A stretch of 64,000 bases of DNA from Iphione sp. A-MEVVRFRX5. Its lineage: Eukaryota. The translations under genes were made by a program, and so were the position numbers. Under the pieces are notes generated by a model. It saw nothing but the letters and a program-made list of their open reading frames with translations, did no database searches and was not told the origin of the DNA. Of the stretch, positions 11,472 through 23,010 are shown one piece after another (the stretch's first letter is position 1; each line of letters begins with the position of its first letter). The stretch covers positions 52,576,001 through 52,640,000 of the forward strand of contig OZ320313.1 in NCBI GenBank assembly GCA_976226885.1, given 5' to 3'.

Positions 11472-13231
11472 TAACTGTTGGAACAGAAATCGTTCATGTG
11501 TGCATATATAGAATCAGGAGACGTTTATTCAAAAAGTACTATGGAATCGTCTTTTGTTTAGTGAAACGTTGTTACAGTGAAATAAATCAATGTTATCGGA
11601 ATTCGTAGGGTAGAGCAGGACTGTTGTTACTGGGTCCGCTTGCTATTAGATTGAATAGTGAAGCAGCGGATATATCCATCTCAATGTCTGTTGAGAACGT
11701 CCCGCAGACCATTCTCCTCACTTGATATTCGTGGAGCAGCTCTTGCCCTTCGCTCATAATGCATGAACTCAATTCGACGAGCAAATTAAACTTCGCCGCG
11801 GACAATTAACCTAGGATACTGGTGTCCCACGAACGCCTCCACATAAAACATCGATCTACCACAATGGGATGCGACGAACACTTGACCTCTATCTTTTGAC
11901 CAATCAGAAATCAATAACTCAAACATGCCCAATACGCCCTTTCCCACTAGCCGAAGGGCTTCATCGTTGGACTACCAGACAGGGCCTGGGTTCCATTCTG
12001 AGGGGTATAATTAGTATGCTTTCTATACTTGCTAATGTCCATCGATGATACCCTCTGCATATCTGTGCACACATACATAGATACAGGTACAAAGTATGCA
12101 ATATGCTTTAATAAAACGCATAATTAAAATATCTGTCCGTAAAGCTGAGGACAAGCAGACTCTATGGTGAATTTTCGGTAACAATGACTGCCAATTGAAA
12201 TCTACAGAAGCTTAAAATTCGTACAAATTTGTCAAAATTTTTCGTCGAAGTAAATTTGGAAAACACATCCGCAACATGTAGGCGCAAATATTTGACTCCC
12301 ACCACCATCATATGTACAATGGGATCATGTAAGTAGCTGACATGTACGTCACGCCTGTGATTTCATCCGAGAATGCACGAGACACAAAAGGTCACAGTTG
12401 AGACCTGGACGAAAGATAGGGGACAATCACACTCTAGACTTGTTAAGTGACAAGTCGTAAAAGCATTCCAGAGTATGGGCCTTGCATGTGAAAAGAAGTT
12501 GTCAGAGCAGAAATGTAGTCAGAGACGGATGGGTGTTGCCAACCAGTGTTGTCCTGTCTCCTGCTCCTCCTCTACATCAGCGTCTCCAACCAGCTGGGCG
12601 ATAGTCGGGGTAGATCTGCGTTACGGCCCCGAGTACTTAAGATCAACGTTACCGCCAGGCGTAGGACGCGCGCGGCGGAGCTCAGGAACGTGCAGACGTG
12701 ACAGAGCTAATGAAATGATTGTGAAAGGGCCACCGACAGCCAATTAAAACGCCGGCGTCAGCTCGCGTCGCCTCACGCAAGACGTCGAACACGGCCGACG
12801 CCTCGTCACGCGATCCTTGAGTGCGGGGTCATTGTAGGGCTTCCTGTCGCGCTCTAGAAGCCTTCTACGCACCCTCGTCGGCCCCTACCAACTGGCAAAC
12901 TTGCCCACCCTGTTGATGTATCAAACTCCACACCAAGAAGCCCTAGCACATGCGATCTGCGTGTTCCGTCGTTCGGGCAGCTTTTGAAGTGGGAGGAACT
13001 ATCCGTACACTGCCTTCTCCTGTCGAGGTGTGAACGATTGGGGAAAGGGAAGCCGGTTGCGGGGGCCTTTTGTGTCGAGGCAAATACATGTACGCCTATA
13101 AGTTCGTTTCATACCGGTAAGTGGTGATGTACATATAGCCTGCCTGCCAGTATTCTGCAGTGGGACAAGAATCTTCTTGCATGTCCGGTGGCGGAGGAGA
13201 ACATGATGGAGGCTGGCTAGCTTGTGTCTTA

Positions 13232-13540
13232 GGCACTTTTCACATGCATCCTGACAAAAAATCCGTCCCCGGATGCGGGTACAGAAACACCGCCCCTGTT
13301 TCCTGATTTTAATTGCCAGCATATGGTCTGGAGAGGCTCCTTCACCATTGCCTTCTATGGAAATCTGCGTCCGGGTCCAGACAAAATCCATCCCCAATGG
13401 TTTGAAATCCGCACCCGTGTGCAGACGTGGATATGTCAGTCTGTATGTGAATGGCTATTTTGATGAGAACCGGCTGGTTAAATATCTGTCCCCGTGTGCG
13501 GGTGCGGTCCGTAAAAATCCAGTTATATGTGAATGACGCC
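13232..13540. mobile_element. Probable PIF/Harbinger-type MITE, 309 bp
   Basis: Ends GGCACTTTTCACAT and reverse complement GGCGTCATTCACAT (10/14 match, same GGC-n4-TTCACA signature as the 11175 element). TTA at 13229-13231 and 13541-13543. Internal inverted CCGCACCCG/CGGGTGCGG. Confidence 0.55.
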
Positions 13541-13543
13541 TTA

Positions 13544-14178
13544 GGCCTGGTTTCCTTACCTGCAGTGGTGTGCATGTGCATTGGTGTACATTTGTATTGA
13601 ACCTATGCTTATGAGTGTGGGGTGTTCTTACCTGTGGGAGCTGTCCCTGTGTGTTGACCTGTGTTGCCCGTTTTTGGACCATGCCCGATAATTTCCATAC
13701 AAACGCACACCAATGCACAGTTGCATAGAGAGATGAGGGTTTTTAGCAGGATGAAGACTATCATAGGAAAGATAACATGAAATTTGATCTAATTTGCATG
13801 AAAAACTTATTTGGTCAGAACTCTCTGTGATCAGCACAAAAATAAATGTAGTTTTAACCGAATTGGGTGGAATTCTTTGTGATTAGCACAAAAAAAATGC
13901 AGTTTTAACAGAATCGGGTGGAATTCTTTGCAATCAAAGAAATTTTGCAGTTTTTATGCAAATGATATGCAAATTAGATAAAATTTCATATCATCTATCA
14001 CATGATAGACAGTGTCTATCAAGCTTTTCCCATGCGTTTGCAGTCTGTTTCCCGCTGGTATGGAACACTGCCTCTGCGTCAGCATGCGGCAAACCAAAAA
14101 CGCACATAAACACAATGGAGAAGCACCCAGACCTCTCACACACTCCCCCGCACAGAACACATGTAAGGAAACCAGGCC
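13544..14178. mobile_element. PIF/Harbinger-type MITE, 635 bp, foldback structure
   Basis: Perfect 16-bp TIR GGCCTGGTTTCCTTAC. TTA at 13541-13543 and 14179-14181. Long internal imperfect inverted arms (13758-13807 versus 13949-14008) surround a 52-bp tandem duplication. Confidence 0.85.
13826..13929. repeat. 52-bp tandem duplication at the MITE centre
   Basis: TGTGATCAGCACAAAAATAAATGTAGTTTTAACCGAATTGGGTGGAATTCTT occurs twice with a few substitutions (starts 13826 and 13878). Confidence 0.9.
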
Positions 14179-14393
14179 TTATGCCTGCTGGTCTATTGAT
14201 GCATGTCGTTGTGAGCAGGCAAACTAGAAACCTACGTCCCTATGTCTTCTATGCAGTGTTGTCTTCAAACATCCATGTCACACACTAACATTTACTTTTC
14301 ATATTACATGTTGATTTCGTAGAAAATATTAAGCACATATAATTATTAAAAATTAAATAGACACTGCTGTTCTTTCCAGACGATACATACAAA

Positions 14394-14515
14394 CATAATC
14401 AAGGTGAGGTTTAGAATGTCTGGAATTTCTTACAAAAATCCATTTCACCATAATCAAGGCGAGGCTGTCTTTAGGTCTAGAATGTCTGGAGTTTCTTACA
14501 AAAGATCCATTACAC
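14394..14515. repeat. Two-copy tandem duplication (about 55 bp; second copy has an insertion)
   Basis: CATAATCAAGG..GAGG...TAGAATGTCTGGA.TTTCTTACAAAA.ATCCATT.CAC at 14394 and 14449. Confidence 0.85.
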
Positions 14516-17500
14516 TACTTAAAATGTCGGTTCAGCTGCACAGACAGTCAAGGACATCTCGACGGGAGAAAATATCTAAGTGCTAAAACAGTATTCAAAT
14601 GGTAAGATATCACACGTATTCAATACCATAATGTGGTTTAGTTTATCGGTGATGTTTCACACTCAGCGATAAGTCAATACTGTATTTTTATCTGTGAGCT
14701 GACCCTTTATTTCCCTTCAGGTATGCTCCACCTGTGGTGGCGTTATCCCTTCCTTAAGATATGTGAAAGTTACCGGACAGATTACTACAATGTCATTTAA
14801 TTGACCGATCGCCTCATCGCCTAATTTGAAAATGACACTTTAACATGATTTACATGAATAGTGTGTACACTTTTTGTGTTCTTTGTCATAGCATGGTGCG
14901 TTATGACGTAACTCAGGGATAGGTTGACTGCTTATACAACAGTTACGCAGTTAGTAGCAATCTGACACTAGCTATGATTGTATCATGTTGTTAGTTAAAT
15001 CCTTTTTATACAAGCTATTATAGAATTAAGTATTTTCCATATAGGCAAAGACAAAAGTAAGATTTTTCCTCTTGGAACTTGGTAACAACTACAAGTGGAG
15101 CAAGAATATTATTTTGTGTAATATATTGTTCTTTATTTCCAGACAAAGTGGAAGAAACCTGTTGGTATACGAAATTGAACATCATGACCACATAGAATAC
15201 CAAGTTTCTTTAAAGAATATTTGAACATTTTGGTTGGTGTGAAAAAGCAGCAAATCCCCAGCTCGATTTAGTAATTATATTTAGCACCTCAGGGATCCTT
15301 ACATGTGAAACGCAAGACCTATGCATAGTAGATTAAAAATTGAGCTCAACTTCTATTTATAGACGCTTCATGTAAAAAGATAAAAGACATCAACAAAATT
15401 GCAGTTACTTATCCTAGTGTCTTATAGTCTCAATTCTATTTTCTTTTTTATTTTAATTTTGATATTGCTGACAACAACTATACGGTACTGCACATTTTCA
15501 GGGTGTATTCCAGTATTCCTGTCGAGTAGTTAAATGCTCTATTTCTTCCTTAAAACATTTATTTTGGGATCCAATATTACAACTAACACTGTATGTTTGC
15601 TTACATGGTTGATGTTTGTGAAGTTGCTAGTAATACGTGCTTGACCTGAGAAATCAGTAGAACTTCAAATAACTAGGGTTGATTTTCAAAATATCCACAG
15701 AAGCTTTTCCTGAAAATTGCTTTTTCCTCTGCAGAAATTCCTCATGCTCAACTATAACTTGACTAAGTCATTATCAATAAATATAACGACGAATGGATCT
15801 TAGAAAGGGCTAGAAACTACCCTTGAAGGTTGTTCAAATAGGGAACATTCACTGTAACGAGTTGATCTATTTAACAAGTGAGTCACTCTATCGGCGCCAT
15901 TAGGGACGTGTTTCATATCAAATCAAAAATCGAATGAAAACTGGTTCATACCATCCCCGGATCTTCTGAGCGGACAAACAAAACTAGCGCGGCGGCGTTC
16001 ACGTGACAAACCACGTGTATCACGTGACCGGCTCGTGGCCAGGCAATGGCTCTCAGTTCGTTCTTCTGGCATTGTCCATTCTTGTGTCCAATAGAAGGGC
16101 CACTTTCACACTGGTCGCTAGAGTAAACAGGTTCATAATCAACCCTGAAGTACACTCATCAACGACGGACTTGGCAATGAGTGAGCTAGGAGAAAGGCTC
16201 AAGGCTGAAGGGCTGGGTTTGCTTGCAGGAAGAGACTAGTCTGCTGCTGATTAATGGTATTCAGAGAGTGTTGATACGGAAGTATGATTCAGGCATCCAA
16301 CCGGTTGACTCTCGAAGGAGATGGTTAATACTGCATGGCAGGATTTCTTTGAATCTATGATATTCTACATAGAAAATCCGGATTAGGTTTCACGACAAGA
16401 CACTGTAGCATATAACTGAACGTTTTCCCATCTAGAACATACATTCACAGATATTAGGTGAGTTAATGTATTTTGCTGCATACGTGAACACATGGTATCC
16501 CGAATTTTATTGTCTTACACAGAGCCATTATTTATGGAGGACATCCGTAGAAAGATCCCAATGACCAGTAAAAGATTCCTTTCAAACAAAACTGAGAAAA
16601 ACATTCGAGATCTACTTCATACTTTAAAACAACTACACAACCCATACATTTAGCATTAAAATAACTTCCTCTTCTCAAATTATGACCCGACAGATATAAA
16701 TAAACATTGCCTACAATTATAATAAATCGCATACTGGATCAACAATCAATAATGACACTCTTCGATTATCCTTCGCCACACAGAAGGGAAAGCACAACAC
16801 AGCATTGACGTTTGCCTTCTATTCCTGGTGACAGGGACAGTTACATGAATCATTACTGGCTTTAGTCCATGTCTGAAGGGAGCCCTTGCAAACACATGGA
16901 ATGAATTGGTGTTCCATCGAAATGCTCAATGTTAGTCACTAAGTCAACAGGACGGGCAATTTATTATGTAGCGTTTCTACGGCAGGTCATTTCGGCCCGT
17001 TTCGCAGCAGAGGCATTGTTAAGAACATGTGTGGACTGAAGATAAATCCGCACACGGGAATAAAAAAAATTACAAAAACTCTTGCAGTGTCTTAATGAAG
17101 CCATACACTCGTAGAAATTGTCTTTCAAGAATAATCTGCATAAGTTTATACATACATCCTCTAAACTGTATGTTGTTACATTTGTTACATATTTATAATA
17201 CAAAGATAAACGAAGAAATGGGAGCGTATAGGTACAGCCGGGAAAACCATTATTTAACTCACTTTAAGAACTCTTAATTACATTACCAGTGCTGCAGAAT
17301 AAATCCAGGGTTTGCAATCTCCCCATGACAAAATAACTCGAGCTGAAGCTAAGAAGCGACAGATTAATAGTGTAAGTCTGCAACTCTTTAGCATATCATG
17401 CCAACATCTCGCTGCCGCCATCCAACTTTCTCCTCGTCCTTCTCGTCGCCCGCGACGACGCTTGTTATCCGCTGAGATATGGGCCTAAAGAGGACCAGCG

Positions 17501-18688
17501 TCTGTGTGGTGAGTTGGATTAATTAGAAAACAATAATTAAGAATAGCGTCAGGCTTAACAGGTGTTAATGAGCCGTCCGCGTCTTATCGTCGGCTGGCAG
17601 CGTCCCTGAGGAGCATGTGACCACCCCTGCATGCGAACGGGTAAACCCCGCGACGGGTGCGTACGCCTGTCGTCAGTAGTCCCTGTGGGGGATCTATCGG
17701 CTGAAAAACAGCGGTTATTTTTTATATTTATGTTTTTCTCCCTTTATGTCGTTTATCGGATGGGCAACCATTTGTCCGCGCCCGTCCATCAGTCACGTTC
17801 AAGCCTTGGAATGTTCGGCGTGGATTTGCCGCCGTAACCGAATCCGCCGATCTGCACACCCCGGCACACACAATGTACCATTATCTCGGCCTCTCCCTCC
17901 TCGGTAGCGGACTGAAAGGCTCAACATGGTCTATGAGGGTGCACCGATCCGCGTAATAAATACAGCAGGGTTTCCATTCGGGCTAGAAGTGAATACCCAA
18001 ACTCTCGACGGAACTTCTTAATTTATGACGGAACCTCTCCGACACACACAGCGCTCCCATCGGAAAGAGTTTGGCTTTAGTTCAAACAGCCATACGGGGG
18101 AAAAACTAACTTGTTTTCTGCTGACCTAGGCTAAGATGCTTTGGAGGGTTTGGGGACAGAGATTTTTGTTGGTTATGTGACCAGAAGGCACACAGTGTAT
18201 CAAAGTTAGTCCCTCTCAAGAGTAGCCAGAACGTGACAATACGCTATGTTCAACTCCTTTTCCTTATCAGCATCGTACCTTTCGCGTTTGGCATGCATCC
18301 TTCTGCACACCTCCTGGTCCTTTGTGGAAGGCAATTAGTCACAACACGAAAGGCGCCGGCACAGGACAGGCTATCTCTTGTGGTGAGAAAGGCACAACGA
18401 TTTCAGCTGCGTTAGGACGGGCACATCTTTGTGGTGCGATTAACAAAGACGACGAGCAAAACAATAAGCTCACAGAGCGGGACGAAAAGGTGAAAAAACA
18501 ACGGAGAAATACAGTCTGTATTGCTTGCAGTATCACTGGCACCATCATTGAATTACCGCGTGCTGTAGTCTGAAAACAGCTACCTACATTCACCGCGTTA
18601 GAGAAACGCAGTAGCTTTAGATCATTCCCAAAGCACCTGCCCAGGAAGTTTTTGTGTTGAACACATAGGCGCAACAATGAATGTGGGA

Positions 18689-18851
18689 NNNNNNNNNNNN
18701 NNNNNNNNNNNNNNNNNNNNNNNNNNNNNNNNNNNNNNNNNNNNNNNNNNNNNNNNNNNNNNNNNNNNNNNNNNNNNNNNNNNNNNNNNNNNNNNNNNNN
18801 NNNNNNNNNNNNNNNNNNNNNNNNNNNNNNNNNNNNNNNNNNNNNNNNNNN
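18689..18851. other. Assembly gap (163 N)
   Basis: Run of N. Confidence 1.
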
Positions 18852-19427
18852 GAAGGAGAAGGAGAGGCCGACATAGACAAGCATGACGATGTGCCGAGCA
18901 GCGACAGTGTAACAAGTGAATGTCAAGAGTATGACAGAACACAAAGAAGCTTCCACCGCAGGAATTAAACGTCCGCGTTGATACAGAGACACTGTGCATA
19001 TATATATGCATGTGCGTCGTTTCATGGCTACACTTTTCGTGCGAGTGTACATTTATGGAGTGTTGTTAAATGCGTTTTTCTCGAACCTGATGTTTCAATG
19101 AGTACGGACGTATTCTCTCCCCTGCCTCTCTGTGTTAAAAATTGTTGCGTGTAAATCTCTTGAGACTGAGCCATAATTGAATAAAGTACGAAATAAAACC
19201 GCACATACCAAAATATGCATGTATGCACCGCACCCATGGAAAGAAACCTGTTTTTCTCACATGTGACAAAATTGCCCTGCATACGCCCAACCCACACGCA
19301 TCACTCCACACATGCATTCATGGAATCACGGCCATATATTGAAGCACTGTTCCCCGTGACTGGATGGGGTCAACCTAGGAAGCTGCTAATATTTAATAAG
19401 AGACGAACAATCGAAAACGTCACGTAC

Positions 19428-19638
19428 CTATATGTAGGTGAATCGGTGTCCGGCAGCTGAAGCCGCAACCATTGTCACAGCATTTCCGGTTCCCCTCACA
19501 GGCAGTATCGGCGTCGCAGTTGTCGACACACGCCGCCTCGAAGCCGGTCGCGTCTTCCGGTCGCGGACAGGTGCCCGGCCGCACTGTTTCGACGTGCTTT
19601 AGGAAGCGGCATGACTGCTCACAGTCATCCTCTTGGTT
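19428..19638 (-). CDS. ANOS1: Anosmin-1 exon equivalent to human exon 4 (WAP four-disulfide core), 211 bp
   Basis: Encodes NQEDDCEQSCRFLKHVETVRPGTCPRPEDATGFEAACVDNCDADTACEGNRKCCDNGCGFSCRTPIHLHI(G). All 8 WAP cysteines are present, and it matches the human [20 protein letters not shown]...KKCCSNGCGHTC pattern. Acceptor ctctccag|AAC, donor G|gtacgt. Confidence 0.96.
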
Positions 19639-22600
19639 CTGGAGAGTCGTGATTGAAGGGTCGGCCGCAGAGGAAACAGAAAGATCGGGGTTTGCAATTA
19701 GCCAACATCGAAAATTTATTAATGATATTTTAGTAAGAGCACGAGTAGACGTGATAAAAGTAACCATGTGATTGGCAACAATTTGCAGAGAAACGTTATA
19801 AAATTATGTGATTCTATAATGGCATGACATTAGCGGAGTGAATGTACATGTATTCTGCGAACAAGACAAAATTTCCGCGTAATACTTGTGGTAAATACAA
19901 AATAAACAGACGAGTAATATACCAACACCAGGCGATATATGGCGCCCTTGAACAAGCAGGGAAAACCTTAAAATGGAAGAGGCACCAACTTATTCAAGCA
20001 CTTTTCCCCCTCATTCAATAAAAGCTTTAAATAAAGAGACTGTATGGAGGTCAATGTATGGAAAGGAGGCGTTTTAGGTTCAAAGAAAAACTGAAGTTTC
20101 TTTCAAGTGGAACAGAGATAGAATAGCAAAAAATGGAAATTGTCCTTGTAAAAAAGGTGTATATATAGATATATATATATATACTTGTAGAAGGTGACAT
20201 GGGCTATGTAAAGTAAATATGATAAAACAGAAACTTGGTTCAAATAATTGTTTGCAGAAATCCTTCAAAATCTATCATATTTCGCGCTCTCTACTGGTAC
20301 ATTTGACTACAAAACAAACGGGAACGTTAGCTTTTACCTGTGTGATATAGACAGGAAATTACTTGGCCAGAGACTGACTGGTAGTGATGGGAATTGGTTT
20401 GTTATAGGGATTCGCTGAAACAATATGGTAGAAAGGGCGGGCTGCACAGAGGCTTCGTATAACTTCCGACCATATTGATAGTGCGAGGAGGAAAACTTTG
20501 GTGTCGACCGGAAGCCGAATAAAGAAGCGACATAAGTAGGAACAGCTTTTTATTTCGTCCTTTGTGCGACCAAAATTTCACATGACAACTTTGTTTGTCT
20601 CTCTCTTTTGAATGTCAGCCAATAACATTTTCCTACCCGTGCATATGACAGGAAAGCACGGAAAAGGTATGTGTAATGATAGTAGGACGCCACTGTCAAA
20701 AGGACACACAAAGAATCTAAAAGGTTTGAAAATTTAAGGAAAACTGGCGAGCAAAAAATTATTAAAGGTGCAACGTGACATCCTTGGCCTTATATGTATA
20801 TGTACATGTATAGATATATATATATATCTGAGAGCGGAGCACTGGAAAAGAAATTGAATGGGATGATGGTACCTCCAAAATGATAAAATGGACAAATCTG
20901 AGGCCATAAAACTGTCAAAGGGGCACTGTCCACAAGGAGAGAGATTATTAGACACAATTCTTTCTTCGTTTTTGTTTAGGTTCACTGGCACTAAAGCGAG
21001 GCGCATGGAGTGGAAGAACTTTTTTTTCGGAAGTAGGTCGCATAATAACGGACCTTGACATACGAAGGGATCTCGGTTTACTGTTGAGACACGTTTCATA
21101 AACGTAATTGTTCCCGAGGCCGATGTTTGTGGGTAACTATCAGAAAAGAACATCGTTGTTCAAGATATGGAAGTATAACGTAAGTATGAATATATGGACC
21201 GCAAACTTTAAAAGGATTTACTCATATACACATAAGGATACATGTACAATATATATTGTCTAAATATATATATATTAATAACCCACAACGAACGGATTGG
21301 AGCAATACAATCAGCGAGTCTGTACTAAAGAATAAACAGCTGATCACAGGCAGCTAGATGCCGGTTGAATGAATGGAATGATGATGTCATATACACTATG
21401 ACAACCTAGCTACTCTCTTAGCAACTGGACTGTTGATGGATACAATGATTACATATCTCCATAACTATACCCATTATTATGTATATATATATATAGATTA
21501 TTTCTTTATACTTGAACTGAATTCTCGATGTTCCGATAAATGCCGATTAGTTTCTTTGAAAAATTACCGAGTTGAACATGGATAGGAACACGATTTAACG
21601 TCAACATGATGGAATGTGATTCTTTAAAATCTGTATAAGGGAAGATGGCGTGTTTTAGAGCAAGCTAACATGTTATCATGCACGCAGTCCTTGTAGCTAT
21701 GGCTAACAACTCAAACCCAATCAACCGATCAATCTGTCCTGATCAAAACGAGGCCCGGGTCTCTAAACGACGCGCATGCGCACGACTCATCGAGATTCAC
21801 TTTCTACTCGCCAGGGGGAGTGCGATCAGGACGAGACGTGCAAGAGATGAATGACCGCATGAACATGAACCGTCACCGAGGGGCAAACCAAAAGGCCCTA
21901 ACACGCATGCACACTGTCTCACCACCTCTTCCTTGCGAGCATCACCGATCAAGTCGCTTCTTGGACTATTAGTAATTATGGCAAAAGCCACTGTAGGATA
22001 AGCGCTGCTGCGAGTAAAAAGTTCCGGCAATTTATCGCTGCCGGATTTATGGGCGGAAAGGCCTCGTCCACCGGAGGCCGGGATGATACTGACGGTTACA
22101 CGTCCAGATCGAGTCCTTACAAAGAGACCTAGGGCGAAGAAGCAGAGGATCCCCCCGCCACTAACCTCTCTGATGGAAAGGCAAGAGGAGCAAAAATAAG
22201 TGAATGGTGAATAAACACGAGTGTTCTTATGTTTCATGTCATTGATAAAATCCATTGCACAGCTTCAAAGTTAATAGCGAAATCTACTGAGCTTATCGTG
22301 AAGGACTCTCTTTTCGATGTATTTGACTATGTCAAATGAAACATCCAAATAAATTTTCTATGGTGGGTACTTTTACAGAAGCTGTCCAATCTGTGTTTTC
22401 TTTAACGTTTTCTGCGCGACAAGTAAGTATCTGACATTTCAAGGGATACCCATCAACCATACTAAGCCTTCTTTCTGCGAACAGCTCGGAGTTGTTATTT
22501 GACGGCCCTGGAGCAAGGGGGCCGATATTTCCTTCTTCGGAGAACTACTCAAGAGCATGGGAAGAGCTCTCGATCCGGATGAGCTGAAGACAGGGACTAC

Positions 22601-22917
22601 ATAAGGCGTTAACCTTGCCCCCATTTTTCCTACTCCAGTGGTTCATTATCCAGCCACTGAATCACTCCTTATTAGGACATAAATGTCATTCCTTAGCACA
22701 GTGCCAAGCTACAAGAATCCACATTAATAAGGTTTCTTTGAGTGCGTACCTTGACTTAATCGGAGGGAAACACCCACAGATTTACTTATCTGTATGTTGT
22801 TTCCTTTCAGATATCAACATTCTTTTCCTTTCCACAGTGCTAGACTGTGGACGAGCGTTCAGTCCTGAAGGTGCGCGCAGCACGCTGCAGGCTCGGCGGT
22901 CTATGTCCTCTCCATTA

Positions 22918-23010
22918 GGCCCTGTTTACCTTGGCGCTGATCTGCCGGCCGATCCTGCTCGGCGACCGAGCGGCGCCCATGGATCCTATCGGGCGCCCGT
23001 TTGGCCAGCT
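22918..23010. mobile_element. Possible solo left end of a Harbinger/Tourist-like element
   Basis: TTA followed by GGCCCTGTTTAC, then GC-rich small hairpins (GCTCGG-cga-CCGAGC). No matching right end found. Confidence 0.25.

Noticed and set aside
18339-19052. Long ORFs (up to 237 aa) around the gap
   Set aside because: Their length comes from reading through 163 N; the flanking peptides show no recognisable domain.
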